Below, in pieces: positions 1 to 9,808 of a stretch of DNA of 64,000 nt. The DNA comes from a virus: IMG/VR virus record IMGVR_UViG_3300038722_000002, positions 19,540-83,539 of that record; one strand, given 5' to 3'. Both the position numbers and the translations under genes were made by a program. The notes beneath the pieces are model-generated. The model did no database searches and had not been told where the DNA came from. It saw only the letters and a program-made list of their open reading frames with translations. How positions within the stretch are numbered: the first letter of the stretch is position 1; each line of letters begins with the position of its first letter.

Positions 1-502
1 CTGATGCCTCCCCGAACACCATAGAGCCGCCTTGATCGTCTACAGCTAGTAATCCCCTCACCCCTACGGGGTTAAGTAGTTCTACTGTGGTTGCGGTTGT
101 GTTATCAACAACACCTCCTGTTAAGGTGATCGACATAGCAGGCTGATGTTCCCATAGCTTTACTGCGTCATATCCTGAGATAACTGATACTGCGCTCATA
201 ACACCATCAGGTGTACCGTCACAGGAATCTATGACAGATCTGGCTAATATCGCAGCCCTATACTTATCATCATCTCTCCCTTCTCTCAGCTCCCCTACAA
301 GACGACCTAAGATGTCAAGTTGCTCGCCTACGGCTTCATATATGCCACGTTCGGTTAGGAGTTGCCACCGTTGGTCTTCCGATACCTGAATTGTCTCCAA
401 TATCGATTGTATGACACCTATTACTTTCTCTTTATCCTTCCATTGGTATAAGAGGTTTGCTAATCCTTGAGCAATTAAATCTTTCTTTAAAGGCTCGGAC
501 AT
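1..502 (-). CDS. Baseplate protein (DUF2612-like), partial; runs off the window edge
   Basis: Manual translation from ATG 502: MSEPLKKDLIAQGLANLLYQWKDK...AVGEQLDILGRLVG...DDDKYRAAILAR. Lies directly downstream of baseplate J. Confidence 0.8.
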   Translation of the reverse strand, partial: MSEPLKKDLIAQGLANLLYQWKDKEKVIGVIQSILETIQVSEDQRWQLLTERGIYEAVGEQLDILGRLVGELREGRDDDKYRAAILARSVIDSCDGTPDGVMSAVSVISGYDAVKLWEHQPAMSITLTGGVVDNTTATTVELLNPVGVRGLLAVDDQGGSMVFGEAS

Positions 503-503
503 A

Positions 504-1952
504 TTACGGCCCCACTGGATAAACGTCTTGGGTTGACCCTGAAGCTATCTCTGTAGAGCTAATCTCTATGACATCCCCTGACCACATTCCTCCGTCAGGA
601 GCATCACCTGAATTAGCCAAGGTTTGCATCTCTATGATAATATCCTCTAGCCCCGCTACATTACTGTAAATAGGGCCAATCATACGTTTAGGGATAACAT
701 CTACACCTACACCTAACGAGTTCAAATGATCAGCAACAACTTGTTTGATAGTTACCTCTCCACCACTTAGGTCGAAGCTCTCTTCGTCGTAGTATGTGTA
801 TGTGACCTGTACCGCTACATTGACACTCGTTGGACGTGTGAAGTAGACTGTCCGTTGCTGCCCATTGGGACGAGTTATGATGACCATAGTGTTACCTACA
901 ATCTTGATACCCGTTGGTTTGGTTTCCCATAGAACCGTAGCAATCTCTGTGTTGTCACCACCTGATACGATAGGCTCATAGGACTTAGGAGGACGACCAT
1001 CCACTTCAACACTCTCATCGTTCTCTACAAGGAAGGAGTCTGTGACACCTGCTATAGCTGATAAAGCTGCTTCAATAGACTCAACGGTAGCTGTACCCGA
1101 CAATGCGCGTGTGTTGATGATGCGGTTACGGAAGACTTCATCTGACTCTGTAAGATTGCCTGTGGTGAGAACTAATGGGTTAGTCACAGCAACTACAGTA
1201 GAAGGGACACCGACAACGATTTGTGTAATCGTATTAGCAGGTGCTAGTATGACACCAGCCTCTTCTGCCTCTATGTATATCTCCGCATCTACACTATCTA
1301 CGCCAATGTATGTGATACTTGACACAGCTATTGTATTTACGGTAGAGGTTTCGATAACTAATTCAATGTCGTCTACAATAGTTGCCGTATAAGGAACACC
1401 ACTGTCAGCATCTATCTCCGCCTTCAAACCTGTGATGATTTCTAACGCTGTAGCATCTACATCAGAGGTATACTCATATACCGTCCCGTTGACATCGATA
1501 GTGTACAGCTCAGAGTTATACAGGTTCTTAACTGTCATTACAGCTTTAAGACACGTTAAGGATGAGAGTGTGTTATTGGTAACACTAAGATACCGATCAG
1601 AAGTGATAGGGTTAGCGAATATAGCCCCCGATGGAACTACAACACCGTTGCCTGCTGTAACACGTAAAAACCCCTGTGTCTTTCTTTCTTCAATCCTACG
1701 GTAGCCTAGTAGCGCACCTAAGTCATCTAGGTTCTTACCTTCTGCTTTCAGTAGGTTGAAAGCATCGTATACTGCCTGATCTAATTCTTCTCCGTCAGCA
1801 ATAGCTTCTGCTATGATCTGAATAAACTGACCAAGGAGTGTATCATCAGATGTGTCAATCGAAGCGTCTACGTTAGCTTTTAAGTTGTTAATTAAGTCTT
1901 CAAGTATTTCTGGGTAGCGTCTAATGACCAACCCGTCAGCCGTTAAAGCCAT
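504..1952 (-). CDS. Baseplate J-like wedge protein
   Basis: 482 aa with AEGKNLDDLG, ESDEVFRNRI and IWETKPTGI-like motifs typical of baseplate J/gp47; position in the baseplate cluster. Confidence 0.9.
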   Translation of the reverse strand: MALTADGLVIRRYPEILEDLINNLKANVDASIDTSDDTLLGQFIQIIAEAIADGEELDQAVYDAFNLLKAEGKNLDDLGALLGYRRIEERKTQGFLRVTAGNGVVVPSGAIFANPITSDRYLSVTNNTLSSLTCLKAVMTVKNLYNSELYTIDVNGTVYEYTSDVDATALEIITGLKAEIDADSGVPYTATIVDDIELVIETSTVNTIAVSSITYIGVDSVDAEIYIEAEEAGVILAPANTITQIVVGVPSTVVAVTNPLVLTTGNLTESDEVFRNRIINTRALSGTATVESIEAALSAIAGVTDSFLVENDESVEVDGRPPKSYEPIVSGGDNTEIATVLWETKPTGIKIVGNTMVIITRPNGQQRTVYFTRPTSVNVAVQVTYTYYDEESFDLSGGEVTIKQVVADHLNSLGVGVDVIPKRMIGPIYSNVAGLEDIIIEMQTLANSGDAPDGGMWSGDVIEISSTEIASGSTQDVYPVGP

Positions 1953-1963
1953 GCTCTCTCCTG

Positions 1964-2359
1964 TTAAAATTCAATAGGTAGGTCTTGGAAGGGGATAATC
2001 TCACCACTCTCTGTACTCGCTGTAAACGAGATTGAGAGCTGACGTGTGTTCATATCTAAGGTTGAGGTGTAATCTAAGAGTTTGACAATATGCTCTCTGC
2101 CGACTATCACACTCTTTATCTCAGCATCTACGATACGCTTATCAACTTTACCTAGTATCTGAAGACCGTTATTATCATTCTTCAAGTAAGGTGTTCCGAA
2201 CAGGATATTAAACTTCCATTCGCCCCTGAAAGCCCGTAGAGCTATCTCTACTTGTTGCCTACATAACTCTTCTATTGATTGTGTCTTTCGTATAATATTG
2301 TTAGTTAAATCTAAATCCCCTGTTTTGGGATCTATATAAAAGTCCAAGGACATATTCAC
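1964..2359 (-). CDS. Baseplate wedge / sheath initiator (gp25-like)
   Basis: LRAFRGEWKFNILFGTPY motif; lies upstream of baseplate J. Confidence 0.75.
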   Translation of the reverse strand: MNMSLDFYIDPKTGDLDLTNNIIRKTQSIEELCRQQVEIALRAFRGEWKFNILFGTPYLKNDNNGLQILGKVDKRIVDAEIKSVIVGREHIVKLLDYTSTLDMNTRQLSISFTASTESGEIIPFQDLPIEF

Positions 2360-2451
2360 CTAATGCCTCTGAGGGCGTCTGTATGCCCCGTAGAGGGCGT
2401 TTAAGAGTTGAGTAGTACAATGACCTTAGTTTACAATAGGAGCGCTTGTAG

Positions 2452-2724
2452 CTACCCTGACGTGGCGTTAGAGCTACCTGATGATATACTATGTCCACAA
2501 GAGGTAGCGTCACCTTGTCTAGCCACTGCTATGCCGCCTGCAAAGACTGTAGAGGACGCTCCTGTAATCTTTGAGGATGCGTGAGGGCCAGAACCGTGTG
2601 CGGCTATGCTATCCCCCTTAACCGCTACATTGGAACCATTACACTTGACAGTGGATTGTCCTGCGCCTGTGATTACACCACCACCTGCTTTATCCACTCC
2701 AACTCTAGCCAGTGCATTTCCCAT
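2452..2724 (-). CDS. PAAR spike-tip protein
   Basis: Three PAAR-like repeats (ALARVGVD, VAVKGD, VARQGD) with Zn-binding His/Cys residues (HGSGPH, SCGH). Confidence 0.92.
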   Translation of the reverse strand: MGNALARVGVDKAGGGVITGAGQSTVKCNGSNVAVKGDSIAAHGSGPHASSKITGASSTVFAGGIAVARQGDATSCGHSISSGSSNATSG

Positions 2725-2733
2725 ACAACACCT

Positions 2734-3363
2734 CTAGTTTAAGTTGACTGTGGAGCCTGTAATGTTAACAGCACCTACCGCAGCTATATTAATATCACCA
2801 GCAGAGTTTAGATTGAGGTTGCCGTTAGAATTGATAGTGGTTGTGCCCGTAACCGTTAAGTTGGCATCACCAGCTACCTGTCCCTCGATGTCCCCGTTAT
2901 TTTTAAATTGATAACTAGACCCTGCGAATTTAAGTTCTACGTGATCTGGGTTAGGTGTTGCGTTGTTTTTATCTGTCCCAAACCCTGTTATGACAAAGGC
3001 ATCAGTAATATTATGTGAGCGTGAAGTATTAGGTATGTTGCTCGTTTTACCGTCACTAGAAGCCCACTTATCTATATCCCGTTGTGAGAAAATGGCTAAC
3101 ACCACATCATCCTTTGCTACAGGCATTGTGAGCCATGCACCACCACCACCTAACATGTGAACTGGGACTTCGAATACGCTTTGTGCAGGAAGGGATTTAC
3201 CATCCTCGTACAACCTGTCAATTGTCACAGATATATCCACCACCTGTCTTGTCTCATAATTCTCCGTAGATGTTATGACTGCTGGGAGGGCGGTGTAGAT
3301 TGAGTCCCTTGCGAATGCTTTAGCAATCCGTTGAACACTCTCTTGGAAATTAAAATCAAGCAT
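2734..3363 (-). CDS. Baseplate central spike (Gp138/GpV-like)
   Basis: N-terminal OB-fold signature (TALPAVI, VPV, GGG..LTMPVAKDD.VL, RSHNITDA) and a beta-helical C-terminus; adjacent to PAAR. Confidence 0.85.
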   Translation of the reverse strand: MLDFNFQESVQRIAKAFARDSIYTALPAVITSTENYETRQVVDISVTIDRLYEDGKSLPAQSVFEVPVHMLGGGGAWLTMPVAKDDVVLAIFSQRDIDKWASSDGKTSNIPNTSRSHNITDAFVITGFGTDKNNATPNPDHVELKFAGSSYQFKNNGDIEGQVAGDANLTVTGTTTINSNGNLNLNSAGDINIAAVGAVNITGSTVNLN

Positions 3364-4312
3364 TGAGGTTATGTCTCCTGAGAGAGATCTCAGTGTCCCA
3401 AGTATCTCCTTCCGTATCTAATCTATGTGTTATACCGAAGGGCTGGTATGTGCCGTTGTAATCTATTCTATCCACCACTTCGATGAACCTGTCCAGATTG
3501 ATACGTCCGTCTAGGAACGTAACCAATGTAACACCCTCTGTAGCTGCCGTATCTTGATCAGGAGTGCTGTTATTGTCACTAACTGGTTGCAACTGGCCTT
3601 TTATATTATCTGGGCCTATGCGTACCACACTGGCAAACGAAGGTGCTTCTTTAGGTTCTATGTGTATCGTACCTAAACTGAGGTAAACTCTGTAATCTAC
3701 TGCTACAGCAACTTCAGATAGTTTAGGTAAGAGAAACCCTTCGTATGTATGTCCTTTAGGGAGTTGTTGTTGAAGCCTTTTAGCCCCCTCTAAGGATGTA
3801 TCTATAGGCTTGACAGGGATCTTAAACTCTTTCGCGGTATCAATAATCTGATTAAATACTTGCAGGTATGTGCTCTTAGGAGGAAGAGAACCCCCTATCC
3901 TTAAATTAATAGTCGAATGAGCTGAGTCTGCACAAACTATCTCAGTTATCAGGTCAGCCCCATCTCTGCGGGTAAAGGTATTCCCTACTTGTCCCGTGAA
4001 GATTAAACTCAAGCTTTCCTGTGTGGCATACCCTGCGTACAAGAAGACACTAAACCCTTGTTGTATCTTAGCCTTAGTGTCTTTAGATAGATTATATAAA
4101 GATATCGTACAAGGACTTGAGGCACCACTTCCATTCTCCTTAGAGGAAGTAATGGTTGCTGCCATTCGCACACTATTTATCTTAATTGCAGACTGTGTAA
4201 CCTCACTAGGGTTGGCTACAAGAGGGTTGGTTGTGTTGTAGACTTTCGTCTCTAAAGGTTCTCTTGAGTCCCCTATCAGGAGTTCATACTTTCTACCGAA
4301 TAGTGTTGTCAA
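3356..4312 (-). CDS. Baseplate hub protein
   Basis: ISLYNLS, LYAGY...LIFTGQV and DTEGDTWDTEI motifs; position between the Dit-like gene and the spike. Confidence 0.8.
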   Translation of the reverse strand: MTTLFGRKYELLIGDSREPLETKVYNTTNPLVANPSEVTQSAIKINSVRMAATITSSKENGSGASSPCTISLYNLSKDTKAKIQQGFSVFLYAGYATQESLSLIFTGQVGNTFTRRDGADLITEIVCADSAHSTINLRIGGSLPPKSTYLQVFNQIIDTAKEFKIPVKPIDTSLEGAKRLQQQLPKGHTYEGFLLPKLSEVAVAVDYRVYLSLGTIHIEPKEAPSFASVVRIGPDNIKGQLQPVSDNNSTPDQDTAATEGVTLVTFLDGRINLDRFIEVVDRIDYNGTYQPFGITHRLDTEGDTWDTEISLRRHNLNA

Positions 4313-4662
4313 GTCACACCTCTTTCCTCAAGCTCCTGTTTACTCCAATAGAGTAAGGAATAATCTTTGTCTATACCGAAGTTATCGAACCCCAAAGGTC
4401 TATTACTGTTATTGTTACGGACAACTTCTAATTCACCCTCAAAGCCATCCAAGATGTAACCCTCTAGCAACCTCTGCGGTTCAAATATCTTGATACCACC
4501 TATAATCAATACTCCGAAAGCATTGTACAGGGAGATACGCCACCGTCCTTCACCTGCGTTATCCCTTTGGTTATAGGAGTAGTCTATCTTGTAAGGCGTC
4601 TGGGCTAATGGCACAGAGTCTAGCTGGCTCGCTACCAAAGGGATGTTTAATTGAACTGGCAT
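4309..4662 (-). CDS. Small baseplate/virion structural protein
   Basis: 117 aa, YNQR...WRISLY...GIKI pattern; overlaps the next gene within the operon. Confidence 0.65.
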   Translation of the reverse strand: MPVQLNIPLVASQLDSVPLAQTPYKIDYSYNQRDNAGEGRWRISLYNAFGVLIIGGIKIFEPQRLLEGYILDGFEGELEVVRNNNSNRPLGFDNFGIDKDYSLLYWSKQELEERGVT

Positions 4663-4672
4663 TTCTATTCGC

Positions 4673-5383
4673 CTATGTGAGAGGTACTTGACTACTAATA
4701 CTACTAGATATTGAATCCCTATCTATGACAGGGAACTTCCTATCTATGGGAGTATACCCGCCTTGCGAATCAGGGGGCGCTGGTTGAGACGAGCGACTAA
4801 GCGTAGTGTTTTCACGTTCTTGTTTTTCCTGAGCCGTCTTCTTGAAAGTAGCACCAGCAACCTTGACAGTTGCCTCTGTAGCCTCCGTACCGAACCTAAC
4901 TTGCTTGGCTTGGAAAGAAACCTTGTAGGCTTTAACTGTCCTATCTCTAGCAGTCATAACACCGTGTGTGCTGTCCTGTGTGACAGAGAATCTTTCAAAT
5001 AAGCAATTCTCCATTACATTGAACGAACCTAACGCACCGCTATCATCTACACCTACATCACCTGTGATTAATGTTATAGGTTGTCCGACTTCCCACAACT
5101 TCTGAAGAATGTATAAGTATTCTCCTGTCGTTTTAATGGAACCAGACCCCGCACCTACATCTGTGATTACACCATCAAAGGTGGCTGTCTGGTTTCCTGT
5201 GAAGTAATGATCAGCTAGTGACTTATTATTAACACTAGAACCTTCAACTATATTATCAGTTATGGTTGCTGGTGCTGTGCGGGTAATATTCCTTGTAGCG
5301 TTCATTACGAGGGTTTCTCTTGGCGCGCCCTCGCTCGTCTCCCTAAAAGGGTCTGTATACGATATAAAAAATAAATTAGCCAT
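4673..5383 (-). CDS. Dit-like / tail tube initiator baseplate protein
   Basis: ITDNIVEG...LADH...FDGVITD pattern, directly after the tape measure gene. Confidence 0.7.
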   Translation of the reverse strand: MANLFFISYTDPFRETSEGAPRETLVMNATRNITRTAPATITDNIVEGSSVNNKSLADHYFTGNQTATFDGVITDVGAGSGSIKTTGEYLYILQKLWEVGQPITLITGDVGVDDSGALGSFNVMENCLFERFSVTQDSTHGVMTARDRTVKAYKVSFQAKQVRFGTEATEATVKVAGATFKKTAQEKQERENTTLSRSSQPAPPDSQGGYTPIDRKFPVIDRDSISSSISSQVPLT

Positions 5384-5394
5384 AAAGATCCATA

Positions 5395-7107
5395 TTAAGA
5401 AGAAGGTATGAACTGTGCCTGCGACGATAGATAACCTCCAACAGCCTGAGCAGCTTCTTGTGAGTTACTTGCCTTAACAGTGATGGGAGCTTGTATATTG
5501 TTGATCACAGTTGTCTTATTGCTCGTTGTAGAGGCATTGTTAGATTGTTGAGTGGCTTTATTAGCACCACCACTTGATGACAACCCTATCGCTGCTGAAC
5601 CTGCAACACCTACAGCCGCCAAAGCCCAACCTAACGGGCCTGCTGCTGCGAGGAAAGACAACATTGCCACCCTAGCTGCGAGGAACGCAGAACGTAACCC
5701 TGTCACCATTGTAGTAGCGAAGCCTGCTTTGGCTCCTATTCCCATCAACCCTGTAACTACAGACAATTGAGCAGCGGCAAATTTACCTAACCATAGAGTT
5801 GCGAGTAACGTGGTTATTAACCCCAACCCTCCTCCTGTAAACCCTAGTTTTTCTAATACAGGGTCAAGTATACCAACAAGTGTGAGGAACGCTTTGACTA
5901 TCGCTCCGATAGTACCTACAACTAAAATCAACGGAGGAAGTAGTCCTTGGATTATCTGAGACAAGGCGTTAAATAAATCTGTAACTACTGTATTACCACC
6001 TAACTTCTTAAAGAGAATAGCGATGTCCAAGAAGGAGTTCTGGAACCTAGACTGTTCGGCTCCGAGAGTTTTCATACCCTCTTCAAGTGCTCCACCAGCT
6101 CTCGCTGCTATCTTAAGTTGCTTGGCGAATTTAGGTAAGAAGTCCTTAGAACCAACCTCACCTTTCTTCAACATTTTACCTAATTCATCAGTGGTGACAC
6201 CCATAGCTTCGGCTGCGTTTACGAATGCACCGTAGAGTCTATCACCTAACTGACCACGTAATTCTTCAGCCTGTACTGAACCTTTAGACGCTATCTGACT
6301 AAATGCTCGCATAACACCATCTGTGTCTTCCACAGATAGACCAAACGCAGTAGATGCCTCCATAGCAGCACTAAAGACTTCTTTGATTTCATTAGCCTCA
6401 AATCCTGCTGCGCGCATCGACGTACCTATTTGTTGGAAACCTTTAGCTGACGCTAGAGCATTCCTACCTAATTCATCCGACATATCCCTAACATACTGGA
6501 AATCTATCGCAGCTTGTTCAGCACTACCTGATGCAGCCAACATCGAAGCGTTAACACTATCTAACTTCTTAGACATGTTAAAGAACGAACGTCCAGCTTC
6601 AATGACAGCGAACACTGAGACATAACTTCTGGCTAGATTGTTAATCGAAGATGAGAGTCCTTTAGCAACCAACCCTTGTTCTTTAAACTTCTTAGTGAGT
6701 TGTGAAGTACTCTCCCTTGCTCTTACCATACCTCTTCGTAATTCTGCGAAGTGGTGGGGAGATGTCGCCTTCTCCACTGCCGATTTAAGCTGATTAACTT
6801 TTGCAATTTGTGCCTGATATTCAGCAGTTGTCTTAGGGAGAGACGATTCAATCTTGCGTTGAATAACACCTATGTTTGTTAGTGTATTGTATCGCTTGGT
6901 CTCTAAAGTAGCTAGTTTCCTAACTTGTTGTTCTTCTTTACTTCCCCCTGTAGATTTAGGGCCAACAGGAGAGTTACCTCCTGCCCCCATTCCCATCCCA
7001 TATTTCCCTAGTTTCTTCAGCCTACGTTCTATCTTATTGATAGCCTTTTCAGCTTTAGATGTATCTAGTCCGAGGTCTAACGTAAAGTCATTACTATTCT
7101 CAGCCAT
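5395..7107 (-). CDS. Tape measure protein (short, 570 aa)
   Basis: Tape-measure domain motif AFSQIASKGSVQAEELRGQLGDRL; Ala/Gly-rich and hydrophobic C-terminal half. Confidence 0.92.
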   Translation of the reverse strand: MAENSNDFTLDLGLDTSKAEKAINKIERRLKKLGKYGMGMGAGGNSPVGPKSTGGSKEEQQVRKLATLETKRYNTLTNIGVIQRKIESSLPKTTAEYQAQIAKVNQLKSAVEKATSPHHFAELRRGMVRARESTSQLTKKFKEQGLVAKGLSSSINNLARSYVSVFAVIEAGRSFFNMSKKLDSVNASMLAASGSAEQAAIDFQYVRDMSDELGRNALASAKGFQQIGTSMRAAGFEANEIKEVFSAAMEASTAFGLSVEDTDGVMRAFSQIASKGSVQAEELRGQLGDRLYGAFVNAAEAMGVTTDELGKMLKKGEVGSKDFLPKFAKQLKIAARAGGALEEGMKTLGAEQSRFQNSFLDIAILFKKLGGNTVVTDLFNALSQIIQGLLPPLILVVGTIGAIVKAFLTLVGILDPVLEKLGFTGGGLGLITTLLATLWLGKFAAAQLSVVTGLMGIGAKAGFATTMVTGLRSAFLAARVAMLSFLAAAGPLGWALAAVGVAGSAAIGLSSSGGANKATQQSNNASTTSNKTTVINNIQAPITVKASNSQEAAQAVGGYLSSQAQFIPSS

Positions 7108-7108
7108 T

Positions 7109-7417
7109 CTATGCCCCAGATGTAAGCTGTTTTAATTTATCATCCATATTACGTGCAACATCTATAGCTTCTAATGCGTCTACGTAAGACTTAATTGCCA
7201 TAACTCCTTCAAAGGAGTAATCGTACATTAATGCTTGCATATTCTTCTCAGGACAATGAGGAGAGGATATTAAGTTTAAGAAGAACCAATCAAAACTACC
7301 TAGAGGACATTTCTGTTCTATTAAGCTTTTTGTTCTAAGGACGTGGTGTCCTGTGTCTCCGTCTCCATAGTCGAGTGACCCAGAGTACGGAGATTCAAAC
7401 CCTTGTCCTTGAGCCAC
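7109..7417 (-). CDS. Tail assembly chaperone C-terminal extension (gpT-like, probably expressed by -1 frameshift)
   Basis: Overlaps the 3' end of 7321..7863 in the -1 frame and abuts the tape measure start. Candidate slippery site G-GGT-TTG at 7402-7396. Confidence 0.65.
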   Translation of the reverse strand: MAQGQGFESPYSGSLDYGDGDTGHHVLRTKSLIEQKCPLGSFDWFFLNLISSPHCPEKNMQALMYDYSFEGVMAIKSYVDALEAIDVARNMDDKLKQLTSGA

Positions 7418-7863
7418 TTCGTAAAAGACTTCTGGTATGTCTCTTGAAGGACAAACACCAACACCTCAATAAACTCATCAAACTCACGAAAATCTTCTGT
7501 TAAGTTTACAGGCTCACCATCTAATGTAGCTGTCTCGAATAACGAATTGATGATCTCAGGTAAGTCTTCTTCTTTAATTCGATTACACAAAAGTACAACT
7601 GCTTCTGTGATAACCATTTTATCTTCAAAGCTGGTTTCTGGGTCATTATCAAACACAGATGCGATAGTTGGCCCCACAATTGAGATCAACTTAGAGAAGG
7701 ACATTAACGTAGGTAACGCTCCCATTTTACGGAACTTAAACTCTACCTCTTTTCCTTCTTCACCGATATACATTTTACGATAACCACGGCGGTATTCTAC
7801 TGCTTCTTCTTTACTCAAAATCTTGTCTCCTGAAACAAAAATGGAGGACAGGTCATAGCCCAT
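7321..7863 (-). CDS. Tail assembly chaperone (gpG-like)
   Basis: Located between tube and tape measure genes; acidic and helical; SD GAGAGG upstream. Confidence 0.8.
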   Translation of the reverse strand: MGYDLSSIFVSGDKILSKEEAVEYRRGYRKMYIGEEGKEVEFKFRKMGALPTLMSFSKLISIVGPTIASVFDNDPETSFEDKMVITEAVVLLCNRIKEEDLPEIINSLFETATLDGEPVNLTEDFREFDEFIEVLVFVLQETYQKSFTKWLKDKGLNLRTLGHSTMETETQDTTSLEQKA

Positions 7864-7882
7864 CCTCTCAATTATATTTTAA

Positions 7883-8401
7883 TTAAAAGCTAGGTAAGCC
7901 TATCTGATCTAAGATCGTTGATACGGCAGAACTAACCTGTGCTAGAGCTGTAGCATCCTCGCTACTGAACTCATCAACACCAAGGAACGGCATATAATCA
8001 ACGTGGAAAACCCATACTCGTGTACTACCAGTGGCAGAGCTACCCAAGCCTTGTTCTGGTGTTACTTTAATTGAACACTTCTTAGCGAGACACACAATAG
8101 AACCTGAAGGGTCTGCCACAGCCATAGAGAACTCAGCTAAGATGCCTGATGCGTCCTGTGCCTGTAGAATTGCAGATAACACTTTATGTGTCTGTGAGTT
8201 CTGTTGCAACGAGAGTGTCGCCAAACCTGTTTTATCAGGGATGATAGACTTAGCAATGTCGCTTGTGTGTGCGCCAACTTCAACGTCCAACACATCTGAG
8301 TTACGTTGCAGAGTAATGAAGTTATCAGGAGCTAATCCTGTTACATTCTGTCCAGCAATCGCAATCGAAACATTATTGGAGCTATATGTACTTAAAGCCA
8401 T
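7883..8401 (-). CDS. Tail tube protein (DUF3277-like)
   Basis: TYSSNNVSIAIAG..VTGLAPDNFI...GLATLSLQQNS motif; follows the sheath gene. Confidence 0.85.
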   Translation of the reverse strand: MALSTYSSNNVSIAIAGQNVTGLAPDNFITLQRNSDVLDVEVGAHTSDIAKSIIPDKTGLATLSLQQNSQTHKVLSAILQAQDASGILAEFSMAVADPSGSIVCLAKKCSIKVTPEQGLGSSATGSTRVWVFHVDYMPFLGVDEFSSEDATALAQVSSAVSTILDQIGLPSF

Positions 8402-8432
8402 TTTATTTATATACCTTTATATTGTGTTACGA

Positions 8433-9791
8433 TTAAGCGTCTGGAGCGTCAAGAGTTAGACGACCACTTGTAACAACCGATTCGATTGCACCAGCAAGAT
8501 AACCTGTGAACTCGATGTACAGAATACGAGATGCTTTAGTAGCAAACGCAATCTCATTTGAGTCAGGAGCTTTGATAATGTAAGGCTTATCAGCTTGTAG
8601 AATATTAGGAGAACCTTCCACTGTTACATACTGATCTAATGTGTTCTGCAACACGCTAACCATCTCATTGATACCTACGCGGTCGTAGGAAACTTTCAAA
8701 GAATTGATTAGTTTATTCTGATACGCTTCGGTGATACGAGCTTCTAGGAAATCCTTAGAGCGAATCACATCAATGTATTCACCGCCAGCAGTCTTACATA
8801 CACGAGTGATGGTCATACCACCAACATCTTCAGTGTAAGTTGCGTTACGGTCAGCTACATAACCTTTCTGCGTAGTACTCAGGCTCTTACCTGTTGCAGG
8901 ATCTTTAGCGTCTGTGAAACCAACAACACGTTGGTTAGCCCAAGTGATTGTACCTGCCTGATATGGAGCACCTTTGGCAACAAAACCACACTCAAACAAT
9001 GCATCGTTGTCGTGATAGAATGCACCAGCCGTTTGAATATAACCAAGGTCTTGTAGTTTAGCTAGAGTGTCTGTCGCTTCAATAGGGTCTGAGATTGCTG
9101 TAAGAGCATCGGCTTCTTGTACGGCAACAAAGTATAACTTCTTACGGGCTTCAACATCAGCCGCCATGTCAAGAATGAACTCTTGAGTTTTGTCGTGTGC
9201 TGTAACCAAATAGAAGTCGTTGTTCTCTTCTGTGATCTCTTGCATTACGGTGGCGGCATTCTCTGTCGCAGTAACAACAACAGGAATATTCTCACTTACA
9301 TTACTAACAACATAGTCATCTGTAGCTGTAGCAGGAGCCACTGAGAAGCTACCTGTGTCGTCAGAGATCAATACACCAGTAACACTGCCTAATGCGGCTA
9401 CAAGAGCCGTAGCAAGCTCTGCTGACGTTTCTGTACCAGTTGCAGTGATAACTTCAGCATCTACTTTAACGAGGTCTGTGCCTGTGATAGAGATGGTGTA
9501 GGTTTGTCCGATTGCTGTAGCAGCATCAGGAGTATATGAAGCGGTATCAACCTTGCGGCGACCAATCATTACTGTTGCAGGTTGTGGGTTCTGTCCGAAC
9601 ATCGCTTCGACAGCGGTACGTTCTGGACTACCTACAGGTAGATCGCCTTGTGCGCCTTCTAAGTCCACATACGAACGTACACGTTCAGGGAAATGACGGT
9701 GAGCGCCGATGAAAATAGGGATACCAAAACCAGCTTGTTTTACAGCTTGGGTTTGGAGAGTAATTGTTGTTCGTGCTAGAGGGGTATACAT
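8433..9791 (-). CDS. Tail sheath protein (DUF3383-like)
   Basis: GFGIPIFIG, FGQNPQP, GEYIDVIRSKDFLEARI and YLAGAIESV motifs. Confidence 0.9.
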   Translation of the reverse strand: MYTPLARTTITLQTQAVKQAGFGIPIFIGAHRHFPERVRSYVDLEGAQGDLPVGSPERTAVEAMFGQNPQPATVMIGRRKVDTASYTPDAATAIGQTYTISITGTDLVKVDAEVITATGTETSAELATALVAALGSVTGVLISDDTGSFSVAPATATDDYVVSNVSENIPVVVTATENAATVMQEITEENNDFYLVTAHDKTQEFILDMAADVEARKKLYFVAVQEADALTAISDPIEATDTLAKLQDLGYIQTAGAFYHDNDALFECGFVAKGAPYQAGTITWANQRVVGFTDAKDPATGKSLSTTQKGYVADRNATYTEDVGGMTITRVCKTAGGEYIDVIRSKDFLEARITEAYQNKLINSLKVSYDRVGINEMVSVLQNTLDQYVTVEGSPNILQADKPYIIKAPDSNEIAFATKASRILYIEFTGYLAGAIESVVTSGRLTLDAPDA

Positions 9792-9808
9792 TTCTGGTGT
9801 ATTCTCCG

